Source: Eledone cirrhosa
Lineage: Eukaryota
NCBI GenBank assembly: GCA_964016885.1
Contig: OZ024743.1
Location: 134,478,001-134,542,000 of the forward strand
Reading direction: 5' to 3'
Length of the DNA stretch: 64,000 nt
Of the stretch, positions 57,662-64,000 are shown piece after piece. The notes under the pieces are model-generated. The model worked only from the letters and a program-made list of their open reading frames with translations. It ran no database searches and had not been told where the DNA came from. Position numbers and translations under genes: made by a program. The number at the start of each line of letters is the position of its first letter. Within the stretch, counting starts at the first letter, position 1.

Positions 57662-60600
57662 AGTGCTTGGTGCTTGGTGTTTGGTGTTTGGTGCTTGGTC
57701 CTTGGTGTGTGGTGCTTGGTCCTTAGTGCTTGGTTTTTGGTGCTTGGTGCTTGGTGCTTGGTTCTTGGTGTTTGGTGCTTGGTGCTTGGCGTTTGGTTCT
57801 TGGTGCTTGGTGCTTGGTGTTTGGTGCTTGGTGCTTGGTGCTTGGTGTTTGGTGTTTAGGGTTTGGTGCTTGGTGATTGGTGCTTGTTGCTTGGTGCTTG
57901 GTGTTTGGTGCTTGGTGCTTTGTGTTTGGTGTTGGGTGTTTGCTGTTTGCTGTTTGGTGTTTGCTGTTTGGTGTTTGCTGTTTGGTGTTTGCTGTTTGGT
58001 GTTTGGTGTTTGGTGTTTGCTGTTTGGTGTTTGGTGTTTGCTGTTTGGTGTTTGGTGTTTTGTGTTTGGTGTTTAGTGTTTGCTGTTTGGTGTTTGGTGT
58101 TTGGTGTTTGGTGTTTGGTGCTTGGTGACTGGTACTTGGTGTTTTGTGTTTGGTGCTTGGTGCTTTGTGCTTGGTGCTTGGTGGTTGGTGCTTGGTGTTT
58201 GGTGTTTGGAGCTTGGTGCTTGGTGTTTTGTGCTTGGTGCCTGGTGATTGGTGTTTGGTGTTTGGTGCTTGGTGTTTGGTTGTTTGGTGTTTGGTGTTTG
58301 TGTTTGCTGTTTGGCGTTTGCTGTTTGGTGTTTGCTGTTTGGTGTTTGCTGGTTGGTGTTTGCTGTTTAGTGTTTGGTGTTTGGTGTTTGGTGTTTGGTG
58401 CTTGGGGCTTGGTGTTTGCTCTTTGGTGCTTGGTGATTGGTTTTTGGTGTTTGGTGCTCGGTGCTTGGTGTATGCTGTTTGGTGCTTGGTGCTTGGTGCT
58501 TGGTGCTTGGTATTTGGTGTTTGGTGCTTGGTGCTTGGTGTTTGGTGTTTCGTGCTTGGTGCTTGGTTCTGGGTGCTTGGTGCTTGGTGTTTGGTGTTTG
58601 GTGCTTGACGCTTGGTGTTTGGTGCTTGGGGCTTGGTGATTGGTGTTTGGTGCTTGGTGATTGGTGCTTGGTGTTTGGTGTTTGGTGCTTGGTGCTTGGT
58701 GTTCGGTGTTTGGTGCTTGGCGTTTGGGGTATGGCGTTTGCTGTTTGGCGTTTGGGTTTTGGCATTTGCTTTTTGGCGTTTGGTGGTTGGCGTTTGCTGT
58801 TTGGTGTTTGGTGTTTGGTGTTTCTGTTTGGTGTTTGCTGTTTGGTGTTTGCTTTTTAGTGTTTGGTGTTTGGTGTTTGCTGGTTGGTGTTTGGTGCTTG
58901 GGGCTTGGTGTTTGGTGCTTGGTGCTTGGTGCTCGGTGTTTGGTGTCTGGTGCTCGGTGCTTGGTGCTTGGTGTTTGGTGCTTGGTGCTTGGCGCTTGGT
59001 GTTTGGCGTTTAGTGCTTGGTGCTTGGTGTTTGGTGTTTGGTGCTTGGTGCTTGGTGTTTGGCGTTTCGTGCTTGGCGCTTGCTGTTTGGCGTTTGGTGT
59101 TTGGCGTTTGCTGTTTGGCGTTTGGTGTTTGGCGTTTGATGTTTGGCGTTTGCTGTTTGGTGTTTGGTGTTTGGTGTTTGCTGTTTGCTGTTTGGTGTTT
59201 GGTGTTTGGTGTTTGGTGCTTGGTGCTTGGTGCTTGGTGCTTGGTATTTGGTGCTTGGTATTTGGTGCTTGGTGCTTATTGTTTGGTTTTTGGCGCTTGG
59301 TGCTTGGTGTTTGGTGCTTGGTGCTTGGTGTTTGTTGTTTGGTGCTTGGTGTTTGGTGCTTGGAGCTTGGTGCTTGGTTTTTGGTGCTTGGTGCTTGGTG
59401 CTTCACGTCTGGTGCTTGGTATTTGGTGCTTGGTGTTTGGTGCTTGGTGCTTGGTTCTTGGTGTTTGGTGCTTGGTGGTTGGTGGTTGGTGCTTGGTATT
59501 TGGTGTTTGGTGCTTGGTGCTTGTAGTTTGGTGTTTGGTGCTTGGTGCTTGATGTTTGGTGTTTGGTGCTTGGTGCTTGGTGTTTGGTGATTGGTGCTTG
59601 GTGCTTGGTGTTTGGTGCTTGGTGGTTGGTGCTTGGTGTTTGGTGCTTGGTGCTTGGTGTTCGGTGTTTGCGCTTGGTGCTTGGTTCTTGGTGTTTGGTG
59701 CTTGGTGCTTGGTGTTTGGTGTTTAGTGCTTGGTGCTTGGTTCTTGGTGTTAGGTGCTTGGTGCCTGGTGATTGGTGTTTGGTGCTTGGTGCTTGGTATT
59801 TGGGGCTTGGTCTTTGGTGCTTGGTGTTTGGTGCTTGGTGCTTGGTGCTTGGTGTTTGGTGCTTGGTGCTTGGTGCTAGGTGTTTGGTGTTTAGTGCTTG
59901 GTGCTTGGTGATTGGTGCTTGTTGCTTGGTGTTGGTGTTTGCTGCTTGGTGCTTGGTGTTTGGTGTTTGGTGTTTGCTGTTTGTTGTTTGGTGTTTGCTG
60001 TTTGGTGTTTGCTGTTTGGTGTTTGCTGTTTGGTGTTTGGTGTTTGGTGTTTGCTGTTTGGTGTTTGGTGTTTGCTGTTTGGTGTTTGGTGTCTGGTGTT
60101 TGGTGATTGGTGTTTGGTGTTTGGTGTTTGGTGTTTGGTGTTTGGTGCTTGGCGCTTGGTGCTTGGTGTTTTGTGCTTGGTGCTTGGTGTTTGGTGTTTG
60201 GTGTTTGGTGTTTGTGTTTGCTGTTTGGCGTTTGCTGTTTGGTGTTTGCTGTTTGGTGTTTCCTTGTTGGTGTTTGGTGTTTGCTATTTGGTGTTTGGTG
60301 TTTGCTCTTTGGTGTTTGGTGTTTAGTGTTTGCTGTTTGGTGTTTGGTGTTTGGTGTTTGGTGCTTGGGGCTTGGTGTTTGCTCTTTGGTGCTTGGTGAT
60401 TGGTATTTGGTGCTTGGTGCTTCATGCTTGGTGTTTGGTGTTTGTTTTATGGTGAATGGTGTTTGGTGCTTGGGATTTGGTGCTTGGTGCTTGGTGTTTG
60501 GTGTTTGGAGTTTGGTACTTGGTGCTTGGTGTTTGTGTTTGGTGCTTGGTGCTTGGTGTTTAGTGTTTAGTGATTGGTGCTTGGTGCTTGGTGTATGGTG

Positions 60601-62047
60601 TTTAGTGCTTGGTGCTTGGTGCTTGGTGCTTGGTGTTTGGTGTTTGGTGCTTGGTGCTTGGTGTTTGGTGTTTGGTGCTTGGTGCTTGGTTCTGGGTGCT
60701 TGGTGCTTGGTGTTTGGTGTTTGGTGCTTGGTGCTTGGTGTTTGGTGCTTGGGGCTTGGTGATTGGTGTTTGGTGCTTGGTGCTTGGTGCTTGGTGCTTG
60801 GTGCTTGGTGTTTGGTGCTTGGTGTTCGGTGCTTGGTGCTTGGTGCTAGGTGTTTGGTGTTTGGTGTTTGGCGCCTGGTGCTTGGTGTTTGGTGCTTGGT
60901 GCTTGGTGTTTGGTGTTTGGTGCTTGGTGCTTGGTGCTTGGTGCTTGGTGTTTCGTGTTTGGTGCTTGGAGCTTGGTGTTTGGTGTTTGGTGCTTGGTGC
61001 TTTGTTCTGGGTGCTTGGTGCTTGGTGTTTGGTGTATGGTGCTGGGTGCTTGCTGTTTGGTGCTTGGGGCTTGGTGCTTGGTGTTTGGTGCTTGGTGCTT
61101 GGTGCTAGGTGTTTGGTTTTTGGTGTTTGGCGCTTGGTGCTTGGTGTTAGGTGATTGGTCCTTGGTGTTTGGTGTTTGGTGCTTGGTGCTTGGTGTTTGG
61201 TATTTGGTGCTTGGCGCTTGGTGTTTGGTGTTTGGTCCTTGGCGTTTGCTGTTTGGCGTTTGGGGTTTGGCGTTTGCTTTTTGGCGTTTGTTGTTTGGTG
61301 TTTGGTGCTTGGCGCTTGGTCTTTGGTGTTTGGCGCTTGGGGTTTGGCATTTGCTGTTTGGCGTTTGGGGTTTGGCGTTTACTTTTTGGCGTTTGGTGTT
61401 TGGTGTTTGGTGTTTGGTGTTTGCTGTTTGGTGTTTGCTGTTTGGTGTTTGCTGTTTGGTGTTTGGTGTTTGGTGTTTGCTGGTTGGTGTTTGGTGTTTG
61501 GTGTTTGCTGTTTGGTGTTTGCTGTTTGGTGCTTGGTGCTTGGTGTTTGGTGCATGGTGCTTGGTGCTTGGTGCTTGGTGTTTGGTGCTTGGTGCTTGGT
61601 GTTTGGTGCTTGGGGCTTGGTGCTTGGTGTTTGGTGCTTGGTCTTTGGTGTTTCCTGGTTGGTGTTTGGTGTTTGCTGTTTGGTGTTTGGTGTTCGCTGT
61701 TTGGTATTTGCTATTTGTTGTTTTGTGTTTGCTGTTTGGTGTTTGGTGTTTAGTGTTTGCTATTTGGTATTTGGTGTTTTGTGTTTGGTGCTTGGGGCTT
61801 GGTGTTTGCTCTTTGGTGCTTGGTGATTGGTTTTTGGTGTTTGGTGCTTGGTGCTTGGTGTTTGGTGCTTGGTGCTTGGTGTTTGGTGCTTGGTGCTTGG
61901 TGTTTGGTGTTTGGTACTTGGTGCTTGGTGCTTGGTGTTTGGTATTTGGTGCTTGGCGCTTGGTGTTTGGTGTTTGGCGCTTGGCGTTTGCTGTTTGGCG
62001 TTTGGGGTTTGGCATTTGCTGTTTGGCGTTTGCTGTTTGGTGTTTGC

Positions 62048-64000
62048 TGTTTGGTGCTTGGTGTTTGGTGCTTGGTACTTGGTGCTAGGTGTTTGGTGTT
62101 TGGTGTTTGGCACTTGGTGCTTGGTGTTTGGTGATTGGTGCTTGGTGTTTGGTACTTGGTGCTTGGTGCTTGGTGTTTGGTATTTGGTGCTTGGCGCTTG
62201 GTGTTTGGTGTTTGGCGCTTGGCGTTTGCTGTTTGGCGTTTGGGGTTTGGCATTTGCTGTTTGGCGTTTGCTGTTTGGTGTTTGCTGTTTGGTGTTTGGT
62301 GTTTGGTGTTTGCCGGTTGGTGTTTGGTGTTTGGTGTTTGCTGTTTGGTGTTTGCTGTTTGGTGCTTGGTGCTTGGTGTTTGGTGTATGGTGCTTGGTGC
62401 TTGGTGCTTGGTGTTTGGTGCTTGGTGCTTGGTGTTTGGTGCTTGGGGCTTGTTGCTTGGTGTTTGGTGCTTGGTGTTTGGTGTTTGGTGCTTGGTACTT
62501 GGTGTTTGGTGTTTGGTGCTTGGTGTTTGCTGTTTGGTGCTTGGTGCTTTGTGTTTGGTGCTTGGTGCTTGGTGCTTGGTGCTTGGTGCTTGGTGTTTGG
62601 TGTTTGGTGCTTGGTGCTTGATGTTTGGTGTTTGGTGCTTGGTGCTTGGTGTTTGGTGCTTGGTGTTTGGTGCTTGGTGCTTGGTGTCTGGTGCTTGGTG
62701 CTTGGTGCTTGGTGTTTGGTGCTTGGTGTTTGGTGCTTGGTGTTTGGTGTTTGGTGCTTAGTGCTTGGTGTTTGGTGCTTGGTGCTTGGTGCTTGGTGTT
62801 TGGTGCTTGGTGCTTGGTGCTTGGTGCTTGGTGTTTCGTGTTTAGTGCTTGGTGCTTGGTATTTGGTGTTTGGTGCTTAGTGCTTGGTGTTTGGTGTTTG
62901 GTGCTTGGTGCTTGGTGTTTGGTGTTTGGTGTTTGCTGTTTGCTGTTTGGTGATTCGTGATTGGTGTTTGATGTTTGGTGTTTGGTGTTGGGTGTTTGGT
63001 GCTTGGGGCTTGGTGTTTGCTCTTTGGTGCTTGGTGATTGGTGTTTGGTGTTGGGTGCCTGGTGCTTGGTGTTTGGTGCTTGGTGCTTGGTGCTTGGTGT
63101 TTGGTGCTTTGTGTTTGTTGCTTGGTGCTTGGTGCTTGGCGATTGGTGCTTGGTGCTTGGTGTTTGATGTGGTGCTTGGTGTTTGGTGTTTGGTATTTGG
63201 TGCTTGGTGCTTCATGCTTGGTGTTTGGTGTTTGTTTTATGGTGCATGGTGTTTGGTGCTTGGGATTTGGTGCTTGGTGCTTGGTGTTTGGTGTTTGGAG
63301 TTTGGTACTTGGTGCTTGGTGTTTGTGTTTGGTGCTTGGTGCTTGGTGTTTAGTGTTTAGTGATTGGTGCTTGGTTCTTGGTGTTTGGTGCTTGGTGCTT
63401 GGTGATTGGTGTTTGGTGCTTGGTGCTTGGTATTTGGTGCTTGGTCTTTGGTGCTTGGTGTTTGGTGCTTGGTGCTTGGTGCTTGGTGTTTGGTGCTTGT
63501 TGCTTGGCGTTTGGTGCTTGGTGCTTTGTGCTTGGTGTTTGGTGCTTGGTGCTTGGTGCTTGGTGTTTGGTGTTTAGTGCTTGGTGCTTTGTGATTGGTG
63601 CTTGTTGATTGGTGCTTGGTGTTTGGTGCTTGGTGCTTGGTGTTTGGTGTTTGGTGTTTGCTGTTTGCTGTTTGGTGTTTGCTGTTTGGTGTTTGTTGTT
63701 TGGTGTTTGCTGTTTGGTGTTTGCTATTTGGTGTTTGGTGTTTGGTGTTTGCTGTTTGGTGTTTGGTGTTTGCTGTTTGGCGTTTGGTGTTTGGCGTTTG
63801 CTGTTAGGCATCTGGTGGCTGGCATTTGCTGTTTGGCGTTTGTTGTTTGGTGTTTGGTGTTTGCTGTTTGCTGTTTGGTGTTTGCTGTTTGCTGTTTGTT
63901 TGGTGTTTGGTGTTTGGTGTTTGGTGTTTGGTGTTTGCTGTTTGGTGTTTGGTGTTTGGTGTTTGCTGTTTGGTGTTTGGTGTTTACTGTTTGGTGTTTG
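62048..64000 (-). repeat. Copy of ~50702-52654 at offset +11346 (third copy of part of the 3187-bp block); truncated by the window end
   Basis: ORF twins 50743/62089, 51531/62877 and 52004/63350. Shared rare landmarks TTTGCCGG, TTTTATGGTGCATGG and TTAGGCATCTGGTGGCTGGC. Confidence 0.88.

Larger units (their letters stand above)
47950..64000 (-). repeat. Same 7-bp satellite in inverted orientation: (CTTGGTG / TTTGGTG)n on +, with variants TTTGCTG, TTTGGCG, CTTGGCG, ATTGGTG, TTTAGTG; open at the right window edge
   Basis: This is the reverse complement of the left-arm consensus, starting immediately after 47949. A is nearly absent on the + strand. About 2290 units. Confidence 0.98.

Noticed and set aside
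524-63811. Hundreds of ORFs, up to 811 aa, resembling mucin-like or Trp/Cys-rich membrane proteins
   Set aside because: They follow automatically from a stop-free heptamer. All six frames are open, there is no unique N- or C-terminal domain, and frameshifting indels and stops occur freely.
1-64000. CRISPR array, or a repeat/spacer or cassette system
   Set aside because: There are no unique spacers. The apparent landmarks are point-mutated heptamers largely in register, and no cas, recombinase or reverse transcriptase genes are present.
47950-64000. Strong G-quadruplex or i-motif array
   Set aside because: The consensus has only GG doublets with 5-nt loops, which gives at best weak two-tetrad structures. 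GGGG variants are isolated.
1-64000. Cyanobacterial heptamer STRR repeats or Drosophila virilis-group 7-bp satellites
   Set aside because: The unit sequence differs from those families as I recall them, and STRR tracts are far shorter. No taxonomic assignment can be supported without a database search.

Overview
The whole 64 kb window is one uninterrupted simple-sequence satellite built on a dimorphic 7-bp unit, CACCAA(A/G). I found no unique sequence, credible gene, RNA gene, transposon or CRISPR array. From 1 to 47949 the C/A-rich strand is on +. At 47949/47950 the array switches polarity with no spacer (…CACCAAG|CTTGGTG…, centred on AAGCTT) and continues as (C/T)TTGGTG to the window end. 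The junction is a perfect 40-bp palindrome (47930-47969). Beyond it the two arms carry different variant landmarks and different duplications, so they are not mirror copies. Rare variant units show nested higher-order structure: near-identical tandem duplications of about 2281, 3737, 3558, 4336 and 3187 bp, older periodicities of about 1.6-1.9, 7, 10.2 and 11.3 kb, and small duplications of 76, 224, 238 and 330 bp. All listed ORFs are expected artefacts, because the consensus has no stop codon in any frame and translates to (HQAPSTK)n on one strand and (LGAWCLV)n on the other. The sequence looks like eukaryotic heterochromatic, centromeric or telomere-like satellite, but the organism and any function cannot be determined from the window. 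Offsets and boundaries were derived by hand from landmarks and the ORF track and are approximate.
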